Translations under genes and position numbers: made by a program
The notes under the pieces: model-generated
Told to the model about the DNA's origin: nothing
Database searches by the model: none
Seen by the model: the letters and a program-made list of their open reading frames with translations, nothing else
NCBI RefSeq assembly: GCF_963921235.1
Contig: NC_086097.1
Location: 25,546,001 to 25,610,000, forward strand
Reading direction: 5' to 3'
DNA: 64,000 nucleotides
From: Mobula hypostoma
Lineage: Eukaryota
Part shown: positions 1-13,240 of the stretch, in pieces
Layout: each line of letters starts with the position of its first letter
Numbering within the stretch: position 1 is the first letter of the stretch

Positions 1-240
1 AGCTCTAAACTCAAAGTTAAAAATTTATTATTAAAGCACATATACTGTATGTCACCATATAGAACCCTGAGATTCATTTTCTTGTGGGCATACGCAATAA
101 ATCCAATAACCATAATAGAATCAATGAAATACCACACCAATTGGGCATACAACCAGTGTGCAGAAGACAATAAACTGTGCAAATACAAAAATAAATAATA
201 ATAACAATGATAATAAGGAAGTAATATCAAGATGAAGAGT
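1..240 (-). mobile_element. 3' end fragment of a Rex1/Babar-type LINE family
   Basis: The aagttaaaaatttattattaaag...tatgtcaccatat...gagattcattttcttg block recurs at about 7320, 14985, 17835, 46835 and 50055, and at 7320 it is attached to Rex1-type RT sequence. Confidence 0.6.
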
Positions 241-399
241 TGGCACAGCTACCTTCCCTCCTGTTCTGCTCAAGCAGCTGAACCTTTCTACCTGAACAAA
301 AGCTTGCATTCTTGCAGTTGGGGCATTTACACTGAAGCTCATTATGCTTTAGTAGCAACAAATAGCAATGGACAATTATGGAAACTGTGGGTCTGTCAC

Positions 400-1190
400 C
401 TCTTCAGAACTCTGATAAAACATGGTTACTTACTTGCATAGCTCTGTCTGACTTGTTTGAGTTCATCCACCACTTTATGTGTATTGCTCTGGATTTCCAG
501 AATCTGCAAAGTCTCTTGCGTTTATGGTTGCTGCTCCACTGCAAAGTCACTTTGAGGTATGCCTACCCTGAAGAAGTTTAAACCTTCTCTTCAACATGAG
601 TTCAGTGATACTCTCTCGCTGCCCTTCGACCACGTGCTCAGCCAGACTCACTACCACAGCCACGTATCCTTCCTGGGAACTTATCTTCACCTCCACCTAA
701 TTCCACTTTCCTCTCATAGAAACATAGAAAAGCCTACAGTACTATACAGGCCCTTCGGACCACAATGCTGAGCCAAACATGTACTTACTTTAGAAATTAC
801 CTAGGGTTACCCATAGCCCTCTATTTTTCCAGGCTCCATGTACCTATCCAAGATTCTCTTAAAAGACCCTATTGTATCCTCATATCAGATCTTTCTTCTC
901 CAGCCCTTTGCCTTTTCCACCTATCACCTCCCAGCTTCTTACTTCATCCCCCTCTCACCTACCTACCTGGATTCACTAATTTGACTCATTTGTCCTCCTT
1001 CCAACAACCCCCCCCCCCCACCCCAGCTGATTCTGGCATCTTCCCTCATCAATTCCAATCCTGCTGAAGGATGTTGGCCTGAAATGTCAACTGTTTATTC
1101 ATTTCCATAGATGCTGCCTGACCTGTTGAGTTCCTCCAGCATTTTATATGTGTTGCTCTGGATTTCCAGCATCTGCAAAATCTATTGTGC
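400..1190 (+). mobile_element. Decayed Penelope-like element 3' portions with a degenerate hammerhead motif at about 1055-1093
   Basis: Pyrimidine-rich 3' region and terminal gatgctgcctgacc...gagttcctccagcatttt...gatttccagcatctgca shared with the GIY-YIG copies at 26264-27065 and 48870-49600. A small CR1 tail is inserted at about 715-875. Confidence 0.65.
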
Positions 1191-1239
1191 TTTGAATTAA
1201 CTATGAACCTTTTCCTGCTTTTCAATACTTAATGCAATT

Positions 1240-1905
1240 GTTGTTATAACAATTGTAAGGGGAACAATGAAAAAACTAGAGGGAACAAACAAGCTGATTC
1301 CTTTGCTAAGGAAGCAACAGCAGATCTTTATGGCCACGAGGTACCCCAGTGTGATCGAGCTGCCAATACTTTCCAAATTTTTTCATGAACTAGTATAATT
1401 ACAGCATGATGCATCCATAGCTGAAAGGACTTTATGGACTAAAGCACACTATGTGCCAAACTATAAATGATTCCAGGTATAATTGAAAATGAGAGATTCT
1501 CAACCAGAGCAAGAAAAATAGCAGCAACTGTATGATTTATCAGAGACATAATTCCAAAAGACACAGCCAGAATCTGCCACTGCTGGGCCCTCCCCATGGA
1601 GGGATTTGTGTATCTTCAAACTGACTTCATGCAGTTACCTAAACATATGTGTTGTGTTATTTTGTTAGTTACTGCCATGGGTAAAAGCTTATCCAACTCG
1701 GAGAATTGATGTTGCTAATTTTTTATTCTGGGAATTTATTCTGAGCTTTGGGATCCTTGAGAAAATCTCAAGTGATAATGATACTTGCTTTACCGATAAA
1801 GCTATATAGGAGTTGACAAAAGCCTTGCTGTGTGAACATCATTTCACCTGCCTTTACCACTGTGTAAGATGTACCATAGCTGGTCCTATCAAAGGGAAAC
1901 ACTTT
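1240..1905 (+). mobile_element. Endogenous retrovirus pol remnant (RNase H C-terminus and integrase), pseudogenised
   Basis: Manual translation gives GNKQADSFAKEA (1281), CMIYQRHNSK (about 1529), YLQTDFMQLPK (1611), WVKAYPTRR (1678), FGILEKISSDNDTCF (1747) and ELTKALLCEHHFTCLYH (about 1810), with frameshifts and deletions between motifs. Confidence 0.85.
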
Positions 1906-3978
1906 ACACTTCACTGCCATTTTTCAGCCCATTTTTTCCAGCTGGTCCAGATCCTGTTGCAAGTCACGATAGCCTTCCTTGCTGTCCACTACACCCCCAA
2001 TCTTGGTGTCATCCACAAATTTGCTGATCCAGTTAACTACATTATCATCCAGATTGTTGATATAGATGATAAACAACAATGGACCCAGCACTCCACTAGC
2101 CACAGGCCTCCCGTCAGAGAGGCAACCATCTACTACCACTCTCTGGCTTCTCCAACAATGCAAACGGCTAATCCAATTTACTACCTTACCTTGAATGCCA
2201 AGCAACTGAACCTTCCTGACCAACCTCCCCTGCGGAACCTTGTCAAATACCTTGCTAAAGTCCATGTTGACAGCATTCACTGCCCTGCCTTCATCAACTT
2301 TCCTGGTAACTTCCTTGAAAAATTTGAAAAGATTGGTTAGACATGACCTACCACACACAAAGCTATGCTGACTATCCTTAATCATGTCCATGTCTATCCA
2401 AATACATACTGTATATACCTGGTCCCTCAGAATACCTTCCAATAACTTTCCCACTGCTGATGTCAGGCTCACTGGCCTATAATTTCCTGGTTTATTATTA
2501 GAGCCTTTCTTGAACAGCGGAACAACACTGGCTATCCTCCAATCCACTGGTACCTCATTTGTCACTAAGGATGATTTAAACTCTGCTAAGGTTCCAGCAG
2601 GGTCTGAGGGAACATCATATCAGGCTCTGGGGATTTATCCACCCTAATTTGTCTGAAGACAGCAAACACCTCCTCCTCTGTAATCTGTATAAGGTCCATG
2701 AAGTTGATACTTTGCCTCATTTCTATACTATCTGTGACTGTCTCTTGAGTTAATGCAGATGCAAAAATTTTATAATCCCCCCCATCTCTTTTAGGTCCAC
2801 ACAAGGATTACCATCCTGATCTTCCAAAGGACCAATTTTGTCCCTTGCAATCTTTTTGCTCTTAACATATCTGTAGAACCCTCTGCCAGGGCAACTGCAT
2901 GCCTTCTTTTAGCCCTCCTTTCTTAAGTATTGTCTTGTATTTCTTATACTCTATAAGCACCCCATTTGTTCCTGCCTGCTATGCCCCTCCTTTTTTCTCA
3001 ACCGGGGCCTCAATATCTCTTAAAAACCAAGGTTCCTTACACCTGTAATCTTTACCTTTTCTTCTGACAGGCACATACAATCTTTGAACTCTCAAAATTT
3101 TACTTTTGAAGGCCTCCCACTTACCAAGTACAACTTTGCCAGAAAACAGCTTGTACCAATTCACATTTGCCAGATCCTTTCTGATACCATCAAAATTGGC
3201 CTTTCTCTGATTTCGAATCTCAAACACGGACCAGACCTATTTTTTTGCATATTAACTTTGAAACTAATGGCATTGTGATCACTAGATGCAAAGTGTTCCC
3301 CTACAGAAACTTCTGTCACTTTCCCTGACTCATTCCCTAATAGCAGATCCAGTTGGGACTTCTATATACTGATTAAGGAAACATTCCTGAGCACATTTGA
3401 CAAACTCCATCCCAACTAGTTCTTTTACAGTATGGGAGTCCCAGTCAATATGTGGAAAGTTAAAATCATCTACCTTACGTTTCTTGCAACGGTCTACGAT
3501 CTCTCTTTAACTTTGTTCCTCTAAATCCCATGGACTTTTGGGTGGTCTATAATTTTGCCCCAGTAATATGGCCATACCTTTCTTATTTCTCAGTTCCACC
3601 CATACCGCCTTACTGGACGAGTTCTCCAGTCTGTGCCGACTGAACACTGCCATGACATTTTCCCTGATTAGTAACGCCACTCCTCCTCCTTTAATCCATC
3701 CTGTTCTGTTATATCTAAAACAATGGTACCCCAGAATACTGAGCTGCCAGTCCTGCTCATCTGCTTTTCTTTGGATCCCTTTGGCATTGAAATATACACA
3801 GCTCAGGACACTAGTCGCACCAGGCTCAACCTTTTGGTTCCTGACTGTCTAGGGTCTTAACAATATCTGTCTCCACATCTTCTCCACTGACTGTTCTGGC
3901 ATTCTGATTCCCATCACCCTGCAACTCTAGTTTAAACCCCACCATGCAGTACTAGCAAACCTTCCTGTTAGGATACTG
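1906..3978 (-). mobile_element. CR1 LINE ORF2 fragment (endonuclease to RT) inserted in the ERV integrase
   Basis: ORF 1924-2565 contains PLFKKG..PGNYRPVSLTS, DFSKVFDKVP and KFVDDTKIGG. Further CR1 ORF2 pieces lie at 2586-3227. Confidence 0.9.
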
Positions 3979-5340
3979 TATACCACTTTAAAGGTCCAAG
4001 GAAAACCGACATGGATATACATCTCACACATTAGACTAGCGGTGCCGCCAGAACAGGGAACAGGTGACCAGAAGGAGCTTGATAAGAAATAATTAATTAA
4101 ATTTTATTATAATTACTTGTGACCTTAAGTGATCACCATGCGTTATATGTCTGTATATCTGCTTTCTGGTGAAGTACAGAACTACCTGATGACACTAACG
4201 CTCCTACCACTTTACCTTAGTTATGAATATATGTCATGTACTAACTAGACGAGTTGTTAGATGTGCTCTAGAAGGCCCATACATTCAGAAGGCAGCTTGC
4301 CAATGGGCCTCTAACCTTGAATCATTTTGAGTTCGATTCTGTGCTTACTCTGATAATGAGACTAGAATTGTAAAGGAGGCAGGAAACTGCACTACCTATA
4401 AGAATGACTTGGTAATGCAACCGTTTTGAGGAATGATTTCAACGTACCTACAATGATTGCACAAAGCCCCTGCTCTGAAGCTGTTTCGGGGGATAGTGGT
4501 GAATTATGATACTTTAGCACCAAGGGACAGGAATAGATTAGATATCACTACATGCAATGCCAAAACCACTGGTGACCATCCAAATCCTGTCAATGGTACT
4601 TACTATGTGTGTGGCCACCAAGCCTGTCAATATCTGTCAGGAGTACCTTTTACAAAGTGAAATCTTTTTTCTGAACCAGATCCATGAAGGGGTTATAATT
4701 ATCTGGTCTACATAGTACCATCTATGCCTACTCTCTCTCTATATCCAACTGTGTGGGGCTGCCATCGAAGGACTACAGAGTCTGAGCATTTCTGAATTGT
4801 AGGGATCCCTGTTCTAGGGACCCGCCAGACTGGCTTATGAGAGTATCAATTGCCTGAGCACTGGAGAAATTGGCTAAATGGTACCAGCTAGGCCATCAAT
4901 GACATTACTGGCAAATGCTGCAATCCCTACTGTGGCCCTTCAAAATCGACTTTTGCTGTCTAAGAGAGATGGTACATGTGCCATTATCAGCCAAGAGTTG
5001 CATACATGTCACTGATACACCTGAGAACATCACCAAATTGGCTGTCATACTCTGCTAGAAGCAGATAACATTAGAAAGACTGGGCGGGAGTTACATGGGA
5101 TTCCATCGTCAACATAGGGACAATTCAGCTGGTTTCAATCTTTACGAGTAATTGTAACATTCCCTGCTATTTGTCATTTTCACTTTAATCTCGTGGCTGA
5201 GATCACTCTATGGAGCAACACACTACAGAGCAGCTGCCTCCATCATGATCAAACAGCCAACTGTCCTTGATGAAACCATCACAGAGTTTCAGGACTCCGT
5301 GCGACTGAAATTCAGTAAGATTTGTATTGTACTTTACAGG
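3979..5340 (+). mobile_element. ERV integrase C-terminus and env remnant
   Basis: LKVQGKPTWIYISHIRL at 3988. SU-like NGTYYVCGHQACQYL in ORF 4457-4660. TM immunosuppressive-domain-like TVALQNRLLLSKRDGTCAIISQE, then frameshifted CIHVTDTPENIT, at about 4929-5035. Confidence 0.8.
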
Positions 5341-5843
5341 ACAAGGAGGAGGGAGAAGGAAGTTGCAGCAAGACAAGAATATCCAGGCGAGGATAGACCG
5401 TGGATAGCCCAGTCAAGAAAGTTCTTTAAAGAGCATAGCTTCCCTTTGCACAGCAGAGGCCTGAAGATGAGATAAGCAATCCAATGCACACCCAACAACT
5501 AAGGGACAATTGCTTTATGAGCCAAAGTATCATCGGTTGTCAGCTTGTGGCTTCTATTGACTTTTAACACCTCTGTTGTAAATGATGATTGTTTCTGCAA
5601 GTAACAAATTGAAATTTACACAATTTACCAAGAGATCAATATCCATATCTGATAAGCCAATTCCCAAAAAAAGCAGTTTTTTGTTCAGACTTCGGAACAG
5701 TATGGTAGCAGGGTCCAGGCTGTTCTCCTTGTGCACAAGTAAAATAAAGTATGTTTTAGTCATATGTGTGCATGTGTTCAAGGTCCAATTATTTTACTTT
5801 ATTATCGGCAACGGCAGTAGCAATAACCTAGAAGGAGACATCA
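5341..5843 (+). mobile_element. Probable polypurine tract and 3' LTR of the ERV
   Basis: Purine run acaaggaggagggagaagg directly after env and AATAAA at about 5742. The possible CA end at 5843 is uncertain. Confidence 0.45.
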
Positions 5844-5899
5844 AAACCTATAGAGCCTACTCAACCTTTAGCTGCTCTAATGCTTGGAGTCACAAAGTA

Positions 5900-6445
5900 C
5901 ACGCAGTGCTACTTTATTCGGTACCTCCTGATGGACTTCTGGTCTTCTGTTGCCGTAGCCCAACCGCTTCAAAGTCCTACACGTGTGTGTTCAGAGATGC
6001 TCTTCTGCACACCAGCTGTAACACGTGGTTATTTCAGTTACTGTTGCCTTCCTGTCAGCTTGAACCAGTCTAGTCATTCTCCTCTGACCGCTCTCATTAA
6101 CAAGGTGTTTTCACCGACAAAGATGCTGCTCAATGGATATTTTATGTTTGTTTTCAACACCATTCTCCTTAAACTCTAAGGACTGTTGTATGTGAAAATC
6201 TAAGGAAAATCCACAGTTTCTGAGATACTCAAACCAACCTGCCAGGAAACCAATAATCATTCCATGGTCAAAGTTACTTAGATCACATTTCTTCCCCATT
6301 CTGATGATGGTCTGATCAACAACTGAACTTCTTGACCATGCCTGAATGCTCTTATGCATTGAGTTGCTGCAACGTGATTGGTTGATTAGAGATTTTGATC
6401 AACGAGCAAGCGCACCGGTGTACCTAATAAATTGGCCACTGAGTG
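5900..6445 (-). mobile_element. Non-autonomous Tc1/mariner element
   Basis: Terminal inverted repeats (TIRs) ~CACTCAGTGGCCACTTTATTAGGTAC at both ends, TA flanks, and Tc1 transposase N-terminus MGKKCDLSNFDHGMIIG. Confidence 0.8.
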
Positions 6446-7079
6446 TATCTAATTCATTTTGAGCTGTAAATTAGAGGCAGAATCTGATGTTTTATCACAA
6501 AATATACAATTAAATATTTATATTCATAGTTTCCAATACTTTGTCCTTTCAATTTCCATGCTATGCAGTGATGTGAGGAATCAAAGGGCAAGAATCTGTC
6601 GAGAAATACACTAACATAATTGACAAAGAATTGAAATAACCAAGTTAATCAGTCAAGACAGTTGGGGGTAGGTCGCACTCGTGGATTTGTTTGATACGGT
6701 CCATCAGTTTGATCTAATACATCACTGGAACATTTTTTCCTTTGACAAAAAGAGACACAAACAAATCTTGAGCTTCTACTTTTTCTTCAGTCTCTCGGTA
6801 ACTATTAATTAAATGGAACAAATTATAACAATAGCAGGAAAGGATTTGCTATGCTGAAAAATGCTAAGCAGCTGGCAACAATTAATTGTCAAATTTATTC
6901 CTTTAAGCATATGCAAAAGAATGGATGTGATTTCATGCACTTCCTGCCTTGGCTACAAAATACTAATTGTAAAATAAATTTTAACACAACTCTTATTCAT
7001 GATACACTCAAACAAGCTTTTGGGAATATAAAAAGTGTGTGCTGCAATTACAAATAACGTATGCCAGTGGCTATATTTC

Positions 7080-8495
7080 ATTAAGAGTTTGAGGAGATTT
7101 GATATGTCACCAATGACTCCAGCAAATTTCTACAAATATGCGTAGAGAGTATTCTACAAAGTTACATAACCACCTGGTATGGAGGAGCCACTGCGCAGAA
7201 TCAGAAAAAGCTGCAGAGGATTGTAAATTCAGCCAGCTTCATCATGGACACTAGTCTTCCCACCATCAAGGACATCTTCAAAAGGCAATACCTCAAGAAG
7301 GCAGCCTCCATCAAAGTTCAAAGTAAATTTATTATCAAAGTACATTCGTATATGTCACCATATGTGTAATTTTCTTGTGGGCATTCACAGTAAATTCAAA
7401 GAAGCAATAGTATCAATGAGAAACCACAGAGAACAAGACAGACAAGCAGAACTATGAAAATACAAAATGAAAAAAAAACAAACAAAATAATAATTACAAA
7501 TAAATAAAAAATAAATAGCAAGAACATGAGATGAAGAGTCCTTGAAAGTGAGTTCATAGGTTGTGGGAACAGTTCAGTACTGGGATGAGTTAAGTTGAAT
7601 GAAGTTAGCCCCTCTGGTTCCAGAGCCTCATGGTTCAGGGGTATTTACTGTTCCTGAACCTGGTGGTGTGGGTCCTGGGGTTCCTGCATCTTCTTCTTGA
7701 TGGCAGCAGTGAAAAAAGAGCTTGCCTGGATGCTGCGGGTCCTTGCTGATGGATGTTGCTTTCCTGCAACAGTATTCATGCAGATGTGCTCAATGGTTGG
7801 GAAGACTTTCCTGTGATGGACTGGGTTCAAGGTTTTTCTGGCTTTTGTAAGCTTTTCCATTCAAGGGCATTGGTATTTCCACACCAGGGCCCGAGGCAAC
7901 CAATCAGTACACTCTACACTGTACATCTATAGAAGTTTGTCGAAGTCTTAGATGGCATGCAGAATCTTCTAAGAAAGTAGAGGTACTGCTGTGCCTTCTT
8001 TGTAATGGCTCTAATGTGCTGGACCCAGGACAGATCCACTAAAATGATAACACCAAGGGATTTAAAATTGTTGACCCTCTCCACCTCTGATCCCCTGATG
8101 AGGTCCAGCTCATAGACCTCTGGTTTCCTTCTCCTGCAGTCAACCAGCAGCTCTTTGGTTTTGCTGACGTTCAGTGAGAGGGTGTTGTTGTAGCACCATT
8201 CAGCCAAATTTTCAATCACCCTCACCATCCAGCATGTGTCCTCTTCTCATTGCTACCATCAAGGACAATGGTACAGGAGCCTTAAGACACATATTTAACA
8301 TTTGAGAAACTGCTTATTCTCCGCCACAGAATTATGAACAGTTGATAAGCTCAGTATTTTGCTTCCTTTCTGCACTAACTACTTACTTTTATATTTTTCT
8401 TATTATAACGTATATTATTTATGTGTTGCACCATACTGCTGCCGCAAAACAATGAATTTAATGACTTGTGTCAGGGGTAATAAACCTGATTCCTG
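7080..8495. mobile_element. Nested Rex1/Babar fragments: a plus-strand 3' piece (7080-7312 and 8226-8495) interrupted by a minus-strand piece (7313-8225)
   Basis: ORF 7914-8228 contains WCYNNTLSLNVSKTKELLVD...KKAQQYLYFLRR. The host sequence resumes after 8225. Confidence 0.75.
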
Positions 8496-8839
8496 ATATA
8501 ATATGACAGTTAAGTAGGCTCATATGTAAACCTCCAAACATATTTGCTAAAATACATGAAAAGGAAAAGTGTGCTGATGTGGGGTTAGAGTGAGGGCTTC
8601 TTTTTCAAAGATACAGCACAGATATGAAAGAATGTTCAGCTTCATCACGCATTTCCAAGATTCATACATTAGGTTTTCTAACATTGCACATCAAACCTGG
8701 TCTTCTTCCAAATAAAAATAGAATATTTGGTTAAAGGGAAAAACATCTATAGATATAAGAGAAGCTACAAAAAAAGGAGTGATTACTTGGCCTGATCATT
8801 TTGTGCTGGTGTTCATCCCTAAGCCAAAAAAAATACATT

Positions 8840-9160
8840 TTTTTTGGCGTGTGCCTGCGTGCATGCGAGTCTGTGTGCGTGCGTGCGTGCGCGTCTGCAT
8901 GTCCATGCGTGCATCTGTGATGATGTCTTTTTCATGGCTTTTACAAGGCGCAGAGCGAGAGAGAGACTGTGTGGTACGCCACTCCTCACACAGAAATTTT
9001 CACAGTATTTTCCCTTTATTTTTACGAGGTCGAGTTGCGATTTCGACACTCAACCCGGCACGGATGGAAAGCGTACTCGGGGGCGGACCCGACTAGTTTC
9101 GAACCCGGGAACCTCTGCTCCCGGGTCCGGCGCCGATGTTGTTGCGCCACCAGCCGGCCC
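8840..9160 (-). mobile_element. Young tRNA-derived SINE with poly(A) tail and TSD
   Basis: Minus-strand 5' end gggccggctggTGGCGCAAcaac with B box GGTTCGAAAC. CpG-rich, with a (GCAC)n-like tract and a T-run at the low-coordinate end. Near-identical flanks caaaaaaaatacatt (8825-8839) and caaaaaaaaatatatt (9162-9177). Confidence 0.8.
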
Positions 9161-9769
9161 GCAAAAAAAAATATATTCTAATACCTTTTACTCACCCTCC
9201 TTCCTGATTCCTTCAAATGATTTCCTGTCATTGCTTTTGAACTAAGAAAAATAAGTTCCTCAAGCTCTTACTTCTCAAGAATTCCTCTAACTTCTGAAAT
9301 GTTCCATTCCATGTTTAATCTAAGATCAATGTTTCAAATGTAGATTTCATTAGACATGCACCTGCTCTCTGGAACATATCCATACCCAAGACGGCTTGTT
9401 TATGAATTACTTTTTATTGGGAGAAGAATATAGCAGAGCGTATACTATTTTCTGCATCTCAGTAGTTTCCTACTCAATCGTCCTGGGATGTATCCAATTG
9501 GCCCTGACATTTTGTTTTTCATCAGCTTAAGCAATATATCAAATAGTTCCCAACTGCAAATACTTAAAATCAAATAAAACAGAAAATGCTGAAAATACTC
9601 AACAGGTCTGACAGCATTCACGGAAAAATTCAGAATGAGAACCACAACCTCCCCACTACCACCTATTCTGATAAAAGCTCCACACATTCTGTTTTCTCTA
9701 CAGCTACTGCCTGAACTGCTGAGTATTAACATACATAGGGCATGAACCCTCATAGGCCAGATAGCCATT

Positions 9770-10030
9770 TGCATGATGCTTAACAGCGCCTGCAACCTGG
9801 AACAAATTCCTGTTGCTGCCTGCAAGGATTTGCATATTCTCCCCGTGAAACCATGGGTCTCCTCCAAATGCTCCAATTTTCTCCCACATTCCAAAGACAT
9901 TACTAAGGGTTTCTAAGTTATGGGCATAGTAGGTCTGCGCTGGAAGCTTGGTAACCTATGTGGGCTTCCCCCAGCACTTTCTTGGACTGTGTTAGTCATT
10001 GACATAGACGATGCTTTTCACTGTACAGTA
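9770..10030 (+). mobile_element. V-SINE (HE1-like); other copies at about 17220-17480(-), 31560-31755(+), 32325-32560(-), 41365-41495(+), 43165-43290(+), 43375-43510(-) and 48340-48570(+)
   Basis: Central domain tttgcatattctccccgtg...gggtctcctcc...tgctcc..tttctcccacattccaaagac is repeated across these loci. Confidence 0.7.
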
Positions 10031-10634
10031 AGTTTAGATAAACATGCGACAATATTATTTGAAGATTAACTTTATTTAAGAACTGAATCTTATTTTCAGC
10101 ATTTGTGCTTTGTTGAAGGTTTTCCTTTATTCATAGCTATGCTGCTTAGCTTAATCTCAATTGCTTCGGACTCACCTCCTTTCTTATATCGATCCTATTT
10201 GAAAAAAAATCAATGGCCAAATTAATTAACAAGTCAATCGTCCATACTTTCCAGTGGTCCCATCTTCCATATGGAGGAAGCAGTTCTTTTAAGTCTAACG
10301 AACATGTGGAATGTCTTGGATACACAATCAGAATCAAGTTTATTATCACTGAGCATGTTGTGAGATTTGTTATTTTGTGCAGTAGTACAGTGCAATACAT
10401 TAAAAAAATTATTACCATTAGTTGCAGTAAGAAATAAAGTAGTGCAAAAAGAGAGCGAAAAGTGAGGTTGTGTTTATGGGTTCAAGCCTGCTCTGAAGCC
10501 TGATGGCAGAGGGGAAAGCAGCTGTTCCTAAAACACTGAGTATGTGTTTTTAGGTTCCTGTACCTCCTTCCTAATGGTAGTAATGAGAAGAGGGCATGTC
10601 ATGTATAGGGAGAGTCCTTAATGATGGATGCCAC

Positions 10635-13240
10635 CATAAGACCATAAGAACCAAGAAATAAATTAGGGCATTCAGCCCAACAAGTTTCTCCACCATTCCA
10701 TCATAGCTGATTTATTATCCCTCTCAATCCCATTCTCCTGTCTTCTCCCCATAACCTTTGATGCCCTTACTAATCAACAATGTATCAGCTTCTGCTTTAA
10801 ATATACCCAATGACTTGGCCTCCACAGCCGTCTGTAGCATGAATTCCACAGATTCACCATATTCTGGCTAAAAAAATTCCTCTCCTCTGTTCTAAACAAA
10901 CGTCCTTAAATTCTGAGGCTGTGCCCTCTAATCCTGGACTGACACCCTATAGGAAACATCCACTCCACATTCACTTTATCTCGGCCTTTCAAAATTCAAT
11001 AGATTTCAATGAGACAAATCGCCTCACTCTTCTAAATTCCGCTGAGTACAGGCCCAGAGCCATTAAATGCCCCTCAACCTCTTCTGGACCCTCTCCAAGG
11101 CCAGCACATCTTTTCTCAGTCAAGAGGCCTAAAACTGCTCACAGTATGGACTGATCAATGCCTTATAAAGCCTCAGCATTACGTCCACACTTTAATATTC
11201 TAGTGCCCTCAAAATACATGCTAACATTGCATTTGCCTTCCTTACTACCGACTCAACCTTCAACTTAACCTTTAAGGAAACCTACAAGGCGACTCCTAAG
11301 TCCCTTTGCACCTCCAATTTTTGAATTTCCTCTTCATTTAGAAAATAGTCTACAACCTTATTTCTTCTACTAAAGTGCATGAATATATACTTCCCTACAC
11401 TAGTTAATCTGCCACTTCGTTGCCCATTCTTCCATTCTGTCTAAGTACATCTGAAGACTCTCTCAACACTAACTGCCCCTCCACCTACCTTCATATCACC
11501 GCAAACTAGGCCACAAAGCCATCAATTCCTTCGTCCAAACCATTGCCACACAACATGAAAAGAAGCAGTCCTAACACTGACCCCTGCAGAACACCATACA
11601 TTTCCAGCAGCCAACCAGAAGAGGCACCTTTATTCCCACTCTTTACCTCCTGCCAGTCAGCCAATCTTCTATCTATGCTAGTATCTTTTCTGTAAAAGAT
11701 AAAACGGGCATTCATCTTGCTAAGCGGCACCTTGTCAAAAGCCTACTGAAAATACAAGTAAACAACATCCACTGGCAAACCTTTGTGTGTCCTACCTGAT
11801 ATTTCCTAAAAGAAATCAAAAAGCTTTGTCAGGCAGGATTCCTCCTTAAAAAAATGCTGACTTGAGCCTATTGTCTCATATGCCTCCAAATCTCCCAGAA
11901 CCTCAACATTAATAATGGACTTCAACATCTTTCCAACCACTACGGTCAGGCTAACTGCCCTCTAATTTCCTTCCCTCTACTCCTCCCTTCTTAAAGAGTG
12001 GATTGCTATTTTCCAATCCTTAGGAACAATTTCAGAATCTAGTGATACTTGAAAGATTACTACTAATGCCAACATAATCTCTACACCTACCCCTTTCAGA
12101 ACCCTGGGGCATAATCCATCTGGTCTAGGTAACTCAACTGTCTTCAGACCTTTCAGCTTCCAAGCACCTTCTCCTCAGTAATAGCAACTACACTCACTTC
12201 TGCCCCTTGACACTCAAATTTGTGGTATATAGCTAGTGTATTACACAGTGAAGACTGACACCATTTCTTTGCCCCACATTACTAGCTCTTCAGTGGTCCA
12301 ATATCCACTTCTGCCTCTCTTTAATTTTTATATACCCAGAAAAACTTTTTGTATCCTCTTCAATATTATTGGCTAGCTTACTTTCATTTTTTCTCTACTT
12401 ATGTTTTATTTTTAAGCTTTTTGTATTTTAAAAACATCCCAATCCTCTAAATTCCCACTAATTTTTTTACAATATTTTTGCTTTTATTCTGTCTTTGACG
12501 TCCCTTAACATCCTCCTATTAGAATACTTCTTCATCTTTCAGATGTATAGATCCTGCACCTTTGGAATTGCTCCCAGAAACTCCAGCCATTGCCGTTCTG
12601 CAGTCATCCCTGTTGATGTCCTTTTCCAATTGATTTTGGCCAGCTCCTCTCTTTTACCTCTGTAATTCCCTTCACTCAACTTCTATCATATTATAATCAA
12701 TGCATCCTAATGGCTCCCTCACCTTAAGCTCCCGATTCAAATCTGATTCATTACACAACACCCAATCCAGAATTGCCTTTTTCCTAGCAGGTTCAACCAC
12801 AAGCTACTTTAAAAGCCATTTCATAGGCATTCGACAAATTCCCTCTCTTGGGATCCACCACCAACCTGATTTTCCCAATCTACCTGTATATTGATTGAAA
12901 TCCCCCATGTCAATCATAACATTACCCTTTTTACATCCTTTTCTATCCCCCATTGTAATCTGTACACTGTATCCTGGCTACTGTTCAGAAGCCTGTAAAT
13001 AACTCCCATCAGGAACATTTGCCTTGCAGTTTCTTAACCCTACCCACAAGGATTCTACATTTTCTGTTCCAATGTCACCTCTTTCTAAGGATTTGATTTC
13101 ATTTTTTTTCCGACAGTCACCCCACCTCCTCTGCCTACCTGCCTGTCCTTTTGATTCAATGTGCATCCTTCTATGTTAAGCTCCCAACTATGATTTTTTT
13201 TTCCAGCCACGATTCAGTGATGCCCACAACATCAAACCTC
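10635..13240 (-). mobile_element. Old CR1 LINE (EN to RT to 3' tail), heavily decayed
   Basis: GVLQGSVLG in ORF 11506-11730, ESLWVGLRN in ORF 12978-13166, and (ccataaga)n tail at about 10635. Confidence 0.85.

Noticed and set aside
425..480. Apparent minus-strand exon (VDELKQVRQSYA with gtaagt donor) as a further CEP128 exon
   Set aside because: The sequence is a diverged copy of the Penelope-type terminal repeat (tgac..gagttc.tcca.ca.ttt.tgtgt.ttgctctggatttccag), with no credible acceptor.
9090..9160. tRNA gene
   Set aside because: It has A/B boxes but no proper cloverleaf, and it continues into a SINE body with a tail and TSD.
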